Positions 1 to 12,400 of a stretch of 64,000 nt of DNA are shown here, piece by piece. The stretch covers positions 23,870,001 to 23,934,000 of the forward strand of contig CAIIXF020000001.1 in the NCBI GenBank assembly GCA_903813345.2. The letters run 5' to 3'. Both the position numbers and the translations under genes were made by a program. How positions within the stretch are numbered: position 1 is the first letter of the stretch; each line of letters opens with the position of its first letter. The stretch is from Owenia fusiformis. Its lineage: Eukaryota. The notes below the pieces were generated by a model. That model was given only the letters and a program-made list of their open reading frames with translations. It was not told the origin of the DNA and searched no databases.

Positions 1-754
1 ACCAAAGACTTCATAGAGGTTTTTTAGACAAAGTGCCCTAAATTCGCAGGATTTTGCAGGACATCCACCTAAATTTTTGGGATGTCACAGGACATTCAAG
101 GGATTTGCGTGATTGGGACTTAATGTAAAAGTACTCAAATCAAACTTTCAGATACTGATTTATCAAATATAATGCACTTAACTTAAGTAAACGTCAACAC
201 AATTCCACACAATATGCATAGAAATATTATTAAACTATCAAAAAAACACGCTTTGCTTTTAGGTGTGAGTACCGTAATCCAACACGAAATTCAAAAATTC
301 TGAACAATACTTTGCACTTATGGGGTTCATGACCAACTATGAAACATTTACCCCCCATAGTGTTATACATTAAAACGTACCTATTCATATAGGGGTTTGA
401 TTAATCTACATCAAATTTTAGGGAGTCAGGTTTCTTTTCGAGATATGAGTGTCCATTTATTGGAACTCGCATTTGAGAAAAATGAAAATTGCACTCTTCC
501 TCTTTATTTTGATACCAAATAATGGCACACTAGGTACTTGAGAAGCCAACTACATGGACTATATTCTCTTTCCAAAAGCAGTCTTCGATGATCTGATTAT
601 TTAGCCTCGGGGATAGTTACAATTTTGAAAATTCACGGAGGTCAAAGCTGACATTTGCGGGACTTCGCGGGACATTGCTGGACACGCGAATGAGCCAAAT
701 TTTGATCAAATTCTCGGGTTAATCCCGCCATTCGCGGGACATTCGACAGCTCTG
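1..754. mobile_element. Probable right end of a DNA transposon (hAT-like); left end outside the window
   Basis: Repeated GGGACA/GCGGGAC subterminal motifs at 50-120 and 655-745, ending in ...CGACAGCTCTG (reverse complement CAGAGCTGTCG, a CAG-type terminus). Partner TIR and TSD not visible. Confidence 0.35.
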
Positions 755-926
755 GTTACACCTTAAAGGCGTGGTGCAAGGAAACACTAGCACTCATATA
801 GATGCCAACCACCGAACCAACTGACATCCACCTCAACATACTAGCCATCCAACCAATCAAGTAACCAGCTAACCAACCATTCCGATACTGAAACATACTC
901 AATATTATGAGGCATACATGTATGTA

Positions 927-1029
927 ACCAAACCCGTCTGGCCCAGTTATCTACTCCCGAAGTCGTAGATCTACGACATCGGGAGTACTATGACGTCGGG
1001 AGTAGATAACTGGCCCACACGGGTTTGGT
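927..1029. mobile_element. Small palindromic MITE with TA flanks
   Basis: ACCAAACCCGTCTGGCCCAGTTATCTACTCCCGA ... TCGGGAGTAGATAACTGGCCCACACGGGTTTGGT are imperfect inverted repeats. TA at 925-926 and 1030-1031. Confidence 0.65.
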
Positions 1030-1099
1030 TAATGTATGATATAGTGTTCTGTGATCTGAGCCTTTGATTGAAACACTATATTTTTTATTAAATATCGAG

Positions 1100-3120
1100 C
1101 ATAGGAGACAGGTTACCTGAAAAGGAAGATAGATATCATTAGAGGTCTATCTCTTATCTAAACAAGGACTGAAACTGAGGCAAGTCTACCCTGGCTGAAA
1201 TCAGCTCTGAAATAACAATTACTGCATGTCAAGCCGTCATTCAATGCTGATTTTGTAGAAAACAGATCTGTCCATCCTTCTACATGTGAGTTTTTCCCAT
1301 AAAGATGCTTAATTAAGTAGAAATTCATCAAATTATACCCCTAGAATATCAAAGTTCAACTGTACATCAATCGCGTGAGGAAAAAAAACAAATCCATTCT
1401 TCACCTTCTGTTCACAAACCCTTCTTCTTCTTCTTGGAAAAGTTGTCCCTCATTTGACTAACAGCAAATGTGTATGTTTATGCAGCAATATATGTTAGTT
1501 TAGAAAATGATTAATTACAATCTTACCTGTACTTCACAGAAACATCCTAAGTATGAAAATATTTCACTAAAAATACATGCTTCCATTTTGTCACATGTTC
1601 ATAATAATTTACATATTGACCATGTGATGTTGACAGGGAGTGTAAACGAACCTAGCGTACAGGAAATATGTTATGATATTTATTAAGAAATTAGGTATGG
1701 TAATCATTATTAATTAAGCATTAAGTATTAAGCCCCCAACCCACTTCACAAAGTTCATGAAGTACCAAGGAAAGACCAAATATTAAATAAATTAGAAAAA
1801 TTGGAATTTCCCAAAAAATCAAGTGGGCGATAATAGAGTCTCTGAAACATTAAATTTTTCCTCCATTAACTTATTACATACATTATTATTAGATAATATT
1901 AGTTTGATATGGTGTGGAAAGCACACAATGATAGATAATTATCGGGAGTATGCATTGAAAATTACAAAATATGTCACTTTTGCCATGTTTCAGAGGCTCT
2001 ATTATCGCCCACTTGATTTTTTGGGAAATTCCAATTTTTCTAATTTATTTAATATTTGGTCTTTCCTTGGTACTTCATGAACTTTGTGAAGTGGGTTGGG
2101 GGCTTAATACTTAATGCTTAATTAATAATGATTACCATACCTAATTTCTTAATAAATATCATAACATATTTCCTGTACGCTAGGTTCGTTTACACTCCCT
2201 GTCAACATCACATGGTCAATATGTAAATTATTATGAACATGTGACAAAATGGAAGCATGTATTTTTAGTGAAATATTTTCATACTTAGGATGTTTCTGTG
2301 AAGTACAGGTAAGATTGTAATTAATCATTTTCTAAACTAACATATATTGCTGCATAAACATACACATTTGCTGTTAGTCAAATGAGGGACAACTTTTCCA
2401 AGAAGAAGAAGAAGGGTTTGTGAACAGAAGGTGAAGAATGGATTTGTTTTTTTTCCTCACGCGATTGATGTACAGTTGAACTTTGATATTCTAGGGGTAT
2501 AATTTGATGAATTTCTACTTAATCAAGCATCTTTATGGGAAAAACTCACATGTAGAGTCCATTTCACTGCTTCAGTTCGTCAGTAGAACGGCAAAAATAA
2601 GAAATTGGGAGACCATTGTGCAATAATATATGGAAAAGTATATTCATAATGTACATGAATGACATTTGTATATTTCAGATTTTTTAGTTTTTTGTGCAAT
2701 AAGCCTGTGCCGTCTTGTAATTTGAAGAATTTCAGCCATGTTAATCTTATTGAAAATAACATGGCAGAGAAGCATCCAAATATAAGAGCTCACACACTTT
2801 ATAAGCCAAACTAGAAGCAATCCAAGATATACAAATGTCATTCATGTACAATAGGAATATATTTTTCCATATGTTATTGCAAAATGATATTTTGATTTCT
2901 TATTTTTTAGCTTTTACTGACGAAGTTCAACAGTGAAATGGACTCTAGAAGGATGGACAGATCTGTTTTCTACAAAATCAGCATTGAATGACGGCTTGAC
3001 ATGCAGTAATTGTTATTTCAGAGCTGATTTCAGCCAGGGTAGACTTGCCTCAGTTTCAGTCCTTGTTTAGATAAGAGATAATGATATCTATCTTCCTTTT
3101 CAGGTAACCTGTCTCCTATG
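1100..3120. mobile_element. Foldback DNA transposon with ~750-bp inverted arms and 8-bp TSD (P/Galileo-like; hAT possible)
   Basis: Left arm 1100-1850 is the reverse complement of 1985-2554 plus 2948-3120. Spacer is 1851-1984. Termini CATAGGAGACAGG...CCTGTCTCCTATG. ATATCGAG duplicated at 1092-1099 and 3121-3128. Confidence 0.9.
2555..2945. mobile_element. MITE (TA TSD, Tc1/mariner-type) nested in the right arm of the foldback
   Basis: TIR GAGTCCATTTCACTG...CAGTGAAATGGACTC with imperfect symmetry over ~120 bp. TA at 2553-2554 and 2946-2947. The left arm shows the empty site (CTTC-TA-CATG) with a single TA. Confidence 0.9.
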
Positions 3121-3752
3121 ATATCGAGCAGATAGACGTGTACACTAACAAGCTAAAGCTAATGGTTCAGGATGCAATAGACAACAATTTATTTCCAGAT
3201 ATATTGTTTCATATAAAAAGATGATTCAACAGATTTGATATGAAAGGAAATGCTGACAAATTGACTGAACGAGAAGGGCTAAAACTGGAAAATAAAAAAA
3301 TTTAAAACAAACCTCTAAACTCTGACATCATCATGACAAGACTTGTTCATAAGAACTCAAAAAAGGAATGGCCTGGATTTTATCATTTAAATTACAGTAA
3401 TTTTAAGATTAAAAATAAGATGAAAAGCAGGTAATATAAATTATGACTCTAATTCTTAGTATTAGAGTATAAAATTAAGCTACGAATTCAAAATAGTCTG
3501 TATTTTTATTGACATGATGCATGCAATAAATGAACATAATTAATTTACAATGAGTTCATTCTTCAAAAGTACATGATTGTTAGATCCTAACTTTGTAAGA
3601 TTCACCATACCTTGATCATATTGATCATTTACAATTCAAGAGGATACCACTTAAATATTAAATGGTTCCGTCCTTACAATATTAATAATTTGCGAACATA
3701 CGTAGTCCGAAACGAAATAAGTATCGTTTGAAAAACTCGTGCAATTTTCAAA

Positions 3753-6700
3753 ATGGCTGGCAGTGATAAAATGGAAAAGGTTGATATGACCAAACAATTT
3801 GGTCAATTAAAGGACTCTGACAAACATTTCATTCGAAAACTCGAGCAGATGAATGCAGAAAGAGCAAAGGAAATCAAAATGCTCAGAAGAAGAAATCTTC
3901 TTACAGGATTTTGTCTTGCAGGAGGTGTCGTAGGAATTTGTATCCTTTCAATTTCGTAATTTCTTGCTTTTTAGTTTCACTTTCACTGTTGATATAACGC
4001 TTTTTGATATCACGGATTATGGGAAGTTCTCCATATTATCTATAGAATAATCCAGGTTAGGCATCTTGAATCACATAAATACTGACTTCAGTCCTGAGGT
4101 ATCGTCATTCATTTAGCCAGAGAGTAGTAAAACAATGGAATTGTATACCAGAATGGGTAGTAAATGCCCAAAGTGTGAATCAGTTCAAAAACAGATTGGA
4201 CCCCCACAGGTACAATCACCCAATGAAATACGATCATACAGTGGACTATCATTTTATACATCGTTACTAACCTAAGTATTGATCGGTTAAGGTACAGCTG
4301 GAAAGTAACATTTTGGTAAAAAATTGCTATACCAGCACATGTTATTTTCTGGTACAAAATAAAGTATGAAGACATGTGTCAATTGCCTTGCTTTTTTCAG
4401 GAAAGTATCATTACATTGTCTTCTTTTAGAATATCTGGTAGGAGTTCAATGGGAACTCCAGGAAATTCTGATATTTCACACTTTCTATTTTTCCAAATTT
4501 TCTTTCAAAGTTTCCAGACAACACAGGCGCTGCCATTGACCTGTTTCCAGGTTTATTAAAAGTAGACAGTGTAACTTTCCAGCTGAACCTTAAAGGTTGA
4601 GTAAATAGTGCAGAGACGTATCCAACGATCATGGTCCGGGTGTCAAAATATATCGAATTTTGAATATTTCATCAAGGCTAACATCTATTTTCATTAGCTA
4701 CAAAGAAAACCCCCGAATGTACCTAATTTCTGCCGATATTCACAATCACTGGCATCCTAAATCCCCGAGAATCTTCTCCCGACATCGACAGAAAAAATGC
4801 TCACATACCTTTTAATGATTTCCCGGTTATATTGTCATTGGATTCCAGCCCCGTTTTCACATAACGTTCAGTCCAACATTCTGTTTCCTTTATACCATGC
4901 GCGTGTCAAGAAGACCTTGAATATGGGCAGATTTGAGGTGTTTTAATCTTAGATTTTTTTTTATTTTTCTTCGTCAGTGGATCAAATTAACTGCAAGAGT
5001 CGCCGGTAATAGACCGTCAACGGCGGTCATATCGTGTACCATGCATACGGTTATATTAGACAACCGCGGTTATACTGTAACATGCGGTCTTACCTCTCTC
5101 AGCTGCAGCAAGAATTTTAAATGGCGGAGATTTAGAAATGTTTCAAAAAACAAATTGCGGGACGTCCAACCTTTCAATAGCTTATTTAGAAGTATATTTG
5201 CAAGTCTGATTGGTGGTATTCGTCGACAAGTGCATATATTTTAAGAAAATAGGTATGGCGAAGAAGACACTAGGCCAAACGTTGCACTAATAGCTCGGGA
5301 AAGGTAAAATGACTCCCAAATTTCTTCTATAGTCTTTATTCAACCTTTAAACAGGCAAAATATGCCTATAAACCGTAATCATCTTATAATCTTATAAAAA
5401 TCTTCACTTTCATTACAACTGGCTATTACTCTAATTCATAATCAGCTCTATCGAAAGGTTTATCTAAAGATAAAACACTTAGTCTATTGAGAAGTTCATA
5501 TGGTTAAAATAACAAAATAATGAAATGTTACCCTGTGTCTACTTAGCAGTTTGTTCTGTGTCATCCCTCCTGCTACATTACATTGTGGAACTCAGCCAAA
5601 CACGACGTCAATTACCTTTTATTTGTTTTGAATTTTTTGTTCTGGAATAAGATCAAATCTGATGATTCAAAATCTGAGATGGAAAAATATTCAAAATGGG
5701 GGCATTTGAATTTGTTATTACGACATCCTTTAGATCGGCCTATTCACTCACCACAGGCGGAGCACGGATCAATTCTAAATTTTGAGCAACACCTCTGATT
5801 TAGTTCATTATCTGTCCAATAATAAGCCAGTTTGAAGTGAGAAATCAAAAGGTGGTTTTGATGAAGTAAGGTTCAATATTCCTGGAGAATCCTGAATGAA
5901 CTTTAAAAACTTCTGGTAGCTTTCAATCGCATTCGTAGATCAACAGAGCATATTTCCATGTAGGTGCCATTTATAATTCATTCATTATAGATTTCAAAAT
6001 CTGCTTTGAGAATCAATACATGACATGTACATGTATGCACAAAAAATAGTTTTGTTGATCAGAGATGTTTCAATTCATGTCTCTGGTAGAAATAATATTT
6101 GTATGCATAAATAGATGGCAGCATTGTACAAGTGTTGAAATACTGTTGGTTTTATTTTGGTTTCTAAAATTGTATTTTTTAATTTTATCAGCCTAGTTTA
6201 CAGGCGTACTAATGTCTCAAGATGATTTGTTGTTCTAAATAAGGAAGTATACAAAAAAGCTTTGTGGAAGAGTACAATGTAGTATTTTTAAATTTTGCAT
6301 GATATTTGCCAAAACTGTCAAAAAGCTCACCCTGGCAAAAACTCTTTTTAAATAATACTAGTACAGGCCCCTAGCCAGGGGTAAGCGGAGGGACCACATT
6401 CTGAGCACTTTTTGCATGATATTTGCCAAAATTGTCAAAAACAACTGGCAAAAACTCCCCCTTGGTAAAACCGCTCTCCCAGTAGATCCTGGCTATGGGC
6501 CTGTAGTATGTAATTTCTGAATTTTTATTATTGGTCATCTCATTGATTCAGAATCAGTGATACTATAAAGTATATTTAATATTGAAAATTATGTGTCATT
6601 ATCTTACATAACTGAACAACATAATATGTGTTTTCTACCTGCAGATTTATGCAGTAGCATAATATGATCATACTTTCCTTAACACTCTCAAAGATATTTA

Positions 6701-6779
6701 CTCAATGTATGCTGTCAAACAAGAGAAGTTTCTGGATGATTTCGACCATGTTCCTGATCCATCACAAACAAACCGATGA
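3753..6779 (+). CDS. COA3: Cytochrome c oxidase assembly factor 3 (CCDC56), 2 coding exons, 90 aa
   Basis: Exons 3753-3939 and 6694-6779 join in phase 1 to give ...RRRNLLTGFCLAGGVVGIYIYSMYAVKQEKFLDDFD...NR*. The single TM segment followed by Y-x-Y-x-x-Y-x-x-x-QE-x-FLD matches the COA3 family. Confidence 0.93.
4594..5346. mobile_element. Kolobok-like non-autonomous DNA transposon (TTAA TSD)
   Basis: TTAA|AGGTTGAGTAAA ... TTTATTCAACCT|TTAA. TSD at 4590-4593 and 5347-5350. Purine-purine 5' terminus. Confidence 0.65.
6364..6503. mobile_element. 140-bp MITE, CAG termini, 5-bp TSD (hAT5-like)
   Basis: CAGGCCCCTAGCCAGG ... CCTGGCTATGGGCCTG. TAGTA at 6359-6363 and 6504-6508. Confidence 0.75.
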
Positions 6780-7644
6780 CACATGCAAATAGTGATACAT
6801 TATGAAAATACTTTTATGGATTATATGGTGTCCATCATAGCAATTGAAACACTAAGTGTCAATCAGTGTGAGAATTTTGATGCAGTATTTTGTACAGCAA
6901 TTGTATTTGTGTTTTATACCAGGACTAAGCTTAAGGACTATACTATGGAACAGGCGCATAAGAAGGATGGCAATTTAGACTACTAGTATACTGAAGACAG
7001 GCGTATAATAAGAATGACAATTTACAATAGAACATTTGCATAAGATGGATGACAATTTAAACAACTAATCATAACTCAGATAATATCCATTGTCTGATGA
7101 AATAAATGAACATTGAAAGTCAGAATTCATAAAAAAAATATTGCTGATTTAATGTAAAGTCTTTCAAATGAATTTTTCCTGCATGCAACATGTTCACTGT
7201 GATAACATGTTAATAAGCATAGTAGCTAATAAATGAATAGTGATTATGTGAACGTAACATATTTTCATAGTTGATGATGAATGTTGGTTTAGACCAGGAA
7301 AATATTATATACTTTTTTATATTTATTTCAGGTAAAGATCATAAGCTTTTATTTACTTTCAGTAAACAGTATTTTTTTCAGTAAACAGAATCTGTTAACT
7401 TATTGAAAGTTGTAAGAATTTGTTTCAGTCGCCGACCACTGGACGCCAACCGCTGAACACTGTTTCAAAAAAGTGCTAATCATGGCTTGATGTTATCAAT
7501 CAATACCATTTAACACTGATATAATGAGATAACTACATGTGCTATGTAATATGATTACTTGACGTATTAAAATAATTATATTCCATTTTAAACATCGTCA
7601 TACACTGTACAAAGGTACCTTTTATGTAATACATTTAGTTCAGA

Positions 7645-7822
7645 CTGGTGTGAAAGAAATTATGGTCCCCCAGGGATTATGGTCCCCTTTCTTAATGGCC
7701 CTTACTGGCCCTGATTGTGTATAAGATAATGAGGGAAAGAGTTCAGTTGTATTTTTGTCACCATATAAATCAATGGAGAGTAGGACCATAATATTAAAGG
7801 ACCTCCTACCCTTTTACACCGG
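7645..7822. mobile_element. ~178-bp MITE, copy 1
   Basis: Short TIR C(T/C)GGTGT(G/A)AAAG. Reverse-complement copy at 8652-8824. Confidence 0.7.
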
Positions 7823-8037
7823 TACATTCTATAGGAAAATCATGTGCTTTCAACAGTCTCTTGAAAGCCCATGGAACAATGTTTGATTGGATTTTAAAAA
7901 ACATTGTTTTGAAATAGCCAATAAATTCCCTACAGCATATACAGGGTGGGTCAAAACAATACACAATTTGAAGGGAATTTGAAATTAATGTGAATTACGT
8001 ATATCCAAAACAGATCACAACAACGGCTACATGGGTT

Positions 8038-8135
8038 ACACATGGTACTAAAACTCCACGAAACACACGGTACTAAAACTCCATGGTAAACAAGGTACTA
8101 ATACTCGACAGTACACATGGTGGTACTAATAATCT
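8038..8135. repeat. Degenerate ~25-bp minisatellite
   Basis: About 4 copies of ACA(T/C/A)GGTACTAA(A/T)ACTC. Confidence 0.6.
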
Positions 8136-8651
8136 ACACCTGTGGCATGAGAACATAACCAATTATGCGAGAGAGAGAGAGGTACAAGCAAAGTATACGA
8201 TCAAATTGATTTGGAAATCATTGCATGCATAAAAATCATGATTTCAGTTGATGATAGATATGCGTCATTTGAGATACAAATTATGTCCTTTTATCAATAC
8301 TCAAACTGGCATTTGTTTCGAAGATAAAATAACGAAGGATGAAAACATGAAAACTACTACAAAAATAATATAAATGGATTTGTACAACTGATCAAGAGTA
8401 ATAATGTCAAATATGAAAATCATCCAATGTTCCGAACCCATTAACTGTTAACGTTCGGACGATCAGGTTAGGTTTTGATTTTCCATTCCTTAAATATTCC
8501 GAAAACCTAGGTAGATCTAACATGAAAAATTCTATTTATTTCTCACATGACGACATTCCTACCCCGGTTGACTTTTATGGGTAGGAAAATAACTTGCTTG
8601 AACTAAACTATGCCCCAAAGTTGATGTCTATGGAACCAACAATTACTGAAT

Positions 8652-8824
8652 CAGGTGTAAAAGGGTAGGAGGTCCTATCAAATTATGGTCCTACTTTCCA
8701 TTGATTTATATGGTGACCTATATACAACTCTTTCCCTCATTATCTTATACGCAATCAGGGCCAGTAAGGGCCGTTAAGAAAGGGGACCATAATCCCTGGG
8801 GGACCATCATTTCTTTCACACCGG
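8652..8824. mobile_element. ~173-bp MITE, copy 2 (inverted relative to 7645-7822)
   Basis: End-to-end reverse-complement similarity to 7645-7822. Confidence 0.7.
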
Positions 8825-9478
8825 CCATGATAGGTGGCGCTAGTGAAGATTTGATTCAGAGACTAGCTCCTGCCCACTGTTACTGTTTATTTAACAGTTA
8901 AAGTGGTATGACCATCGTCGAAATCATAGAAGCCGATTCCTTTAATTTTACGCTTTAAAATGATCTTACTTGTATATCCATTCCATTCAGGTAGATTCGG
9001 TTTTGAATTTGCGCATCTTGAAGTTGAGACCCAGTACAGGCCCGTGGTCGGAAACGATGCCATTTTACTCTAAACCGATGAAAATATATGAACCATGCAA
9101 GAAAACAGTGAGTTTTGAATGCTTCGATAAATCGAGATAAATTAGAAATTTGATGATTGAGGTTGAATTGTTTCAATAAGCGTAATATGCTAAAAACGCA
9201 AAATTTATATTCCATATTATGAGCAACAGTGTACGAACTCATTCGTCAGACATCGTTTACTATTACATATAAGCTAGCAGTTTGTAGTCGCTGTTTCAAA
9301 CCAAGAACTAATTAATATCAGTATTAACTGCAGCAACCTTTCCATATTCTGCATTAGCAAATCCATTCCGAGCATCATTTCAGCGGAGACACTGCTTCTA
9401 ATTTGATAAATTCATTCAAGGATTTTAAAGACAACTCATGGAACATATACTCGTATTCATCGTCTTTACGAAACTAAA

Positions 9479-12400
9479 ATGACCGACTGGCGGTTTGATT
9501 CGAGTCAGCGTTACCTCGTGGATGGATTCGACAAGAAAGGTAACTTGTTAAAACGCCAAGGGAGAACGTCGAAAAATGGAGCGCTGTTCATTGACCAAAC
9601 GTTCCCTGCGGACATCAGTTCACTTACTTACGTATATAGCGGAGACGACAAATACGAACGCATGGTGTTTAAACGTCCATTGGTAAGTTTTTGCAATTAT
9701 ATGTGTTTATATAGTATATATATTCTTACTTTATATGGAAATGAATGTCTAGCTGATAAATGATACATTGATGATCTCTTGTATCTTTCGCGTAATAAGT
9801 TATATCTGGTTCAACGTGAAATTGATTACGTAAACCTGTATGTTGCCTACGACATTAATGCATTTAGCCATATGTGAAAGACAAGATATTATTTTTACAC
9901 CGTTAGAGTACGATGACTTCAGAGGGTGGATAAGAATATCTACCTTAAGGTATTTCTGATATATTTATGATACTGTACGTACTGTACCCACAGACAGTGT
10001 CAAGGTCGTGCATTATTGAGACAGTTTATATTCCGAGTTACATCACAAGATTAAAGCATATATTGAAATTGATTAAACATATTGCATGCAGTGTCATGTA
10101 GCTCTCAACAGATACGACTGATTAATCTAACACATTTTGCTATTTTAATTGACTATCTATATTAAGTGATGATGAACTACTGTGAATTATAATTCATGCA
10201 TGGAGCACGTTAATATACTAGCACTGCTTGATAATATGTCAGATCAATATGTGAAAATATAAAAAATGAAATACACTAGAATATTGGACAGATGAACAGC
10301 ATCTATAAATACAAGGAATTCTCAATTGTTTACTATATATATTTATTAATAATAGTAATGTACGTTAAGCTGTCTGAGTATCTGGCAATCTCATGTCTGA
10401 AAAATAGTTAAGATTAAATAATTTAATGGGTGTCGATCAGGTTTAAAGGCCCCATATGAAGCTCGTTTTTATGTCTAGTGTGAACTGACGCGTAATAAAC
10501 ACAGTTCACTTCCTTATTTTGCACAGAGCTCGCTTAATTTGTGCCCTTTGTGCTATTGAGATAAGACAACTTCTTGATAACTATATCTCCAAGTCGGCTT
10601 TTTCGTCTGGGATTGGGTCTGGGAAATTAGAATAACACGTTATTTTCATAACACAGCTGAGCCTCTTATTCAATTTCCACAACTGCTTTATATTTTCTCA
10701 ATTTTATTTCCATACATACAGTATAGTTGTTTGTGGGAATAATATTGATGCCGTATACGGAAAATGTTTCTGCTCACTATACGCAATGCAGTATAAAAGA
10801 CCAACATGCCCGAAGTCATATTTCGAATAAAAAAGATCCAGTGAGTAACAATGGCGCGTTTTCTTATCAAAACAAGAACACATATTTTCCTGTTATGACA
10901 ATTTGCAAAGTTCAACGTTCCAGCTACCTTGAGCTCTGTTTAGCGAGATGAGCGTAAGCTGGCTATGATTAAATTTACCCTCAAGCCCCTTAGAATTCCG
11001 TAGAATTGACTTTTGTGCCCGCTTTTGTGTTGCTACTTTATCATGGGACTTTGCCCCTTTGACACTATTTGTGACTTCATGGAACCTTGACACGTCGTTA
11101 TTGGCTATGCTGTAATAAGAGGAGGGAAAGCCCCAGAGATTTACCGATGGCAGACGTACATGTATTACGTCTCTTACGTACCACCTTCGTTTGCGCAAAT
11201 TTTCACCAGTTAGTTTTCGAATCTAACGCGTCGTTGTGATCTTTTAATCGATGTAAGCATGTTCCTAACATCTTTCTTTATCTTGATGTGAAATAACAAG
11301 CTATGATATTGTTTAACAAGCCAGAAATTAACATAATATTATTCGAAGCGTTATTAGAAATTTTTTAATCCGCCATTTTTGTTTGTCGTTTTGACCAATC
11401 AGAGACGTGGGTCATCTCAATACAGGTTTACATTATAAGCGTATGTCATCTTTGAACTCTGGGGTTAATCCCCCTAGATCTTTGCAGTAATGAAGACGGG
11501 CATTCCAACGTCATTCGCTTGTTTCCAAGTTGTTTTTGCATGATCAGTATTTCTATTTAAAATCGCATCCTACTAACGCAAGTTCAGACATGACAATTTA
11601 GATTCAGTTAGCCTATCATTCTTTACGAAATCTTTGTCTCTGAAGATAAGTGCTGGAAACTAACAGAACGAGAATTCAATACAAGGTCACACTGGCTTTT
11701 GCAGTTGCCGTTGTCAGAGCATCCAGATAATTTGAGTTTTTAGTTAGTTAATATCGAACAATTACCTAAATATACTTAGTCAGTTAGAATTACTTATAGT
11801 TAGTGCGTTGCTAAATTACCTTTATGGAGGTGTGTGTACATTGCACAATCATATGTCGCCATGGTAACGAATCTGCAGTCACTTTGTCAGTACCATTTAG
11901 TCATTTGATTTTTAATTTAAAAGGGGCCAATAAAAAAAACAATTGCAAATGATGCCGCAAATTAAAACTTATTCAAACATGACCAGTAGAGACTCTCATT
12001 CCACGGGATTGCAGCATAGTCGTTCTCTAGATGAACGTAACGTCCGAGTGATATCTTCACCCGGGTGTCTTCATTCAGTGAAGAATTGCCCACAGTCGAC
12101 AGTGCAATAAGGAAAAGTACGCGCACTGTGTTGTATAAGCTGCTGAATTTCTTTTACAATATATATATTCTTTTTATATATAAGAGTATATAATTGGGTT
12201 CGTGGGCTTAGACCCCTCTAAGGTGAACTGGTTTTCTTCGCAAGCTCGGCAAATAATTACAAAATGATCTAATGTTCGACATTCGCACTGATGGGCGTCT
12301 TCACTTCATCTCGAGCCTTCTTCATTATCCATTTCCGTGTCACGGAAATGGCAATGACCTCGAGCTTTCCTAATCATTATTTACATCTTATATTCCAATA

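Larger units (their letters stand above)
3940..6693 (+). other. U12-type (minor spliceosome) GT-AG intron
   Basis: 5' site GTATCCTTT (3940-3948). Branch site TTTCCTTAAC (6674-6683) ends 10 nt before the intron 3' end (AG at 6692-6693). No polypyrimidine tract. Confidence 0.93.

Noticed and set aside
1823-2080. 85-aa ORF across the foldback spacer
   Set aside because: GTG start, no motif, half made of palindromic arm sequence.
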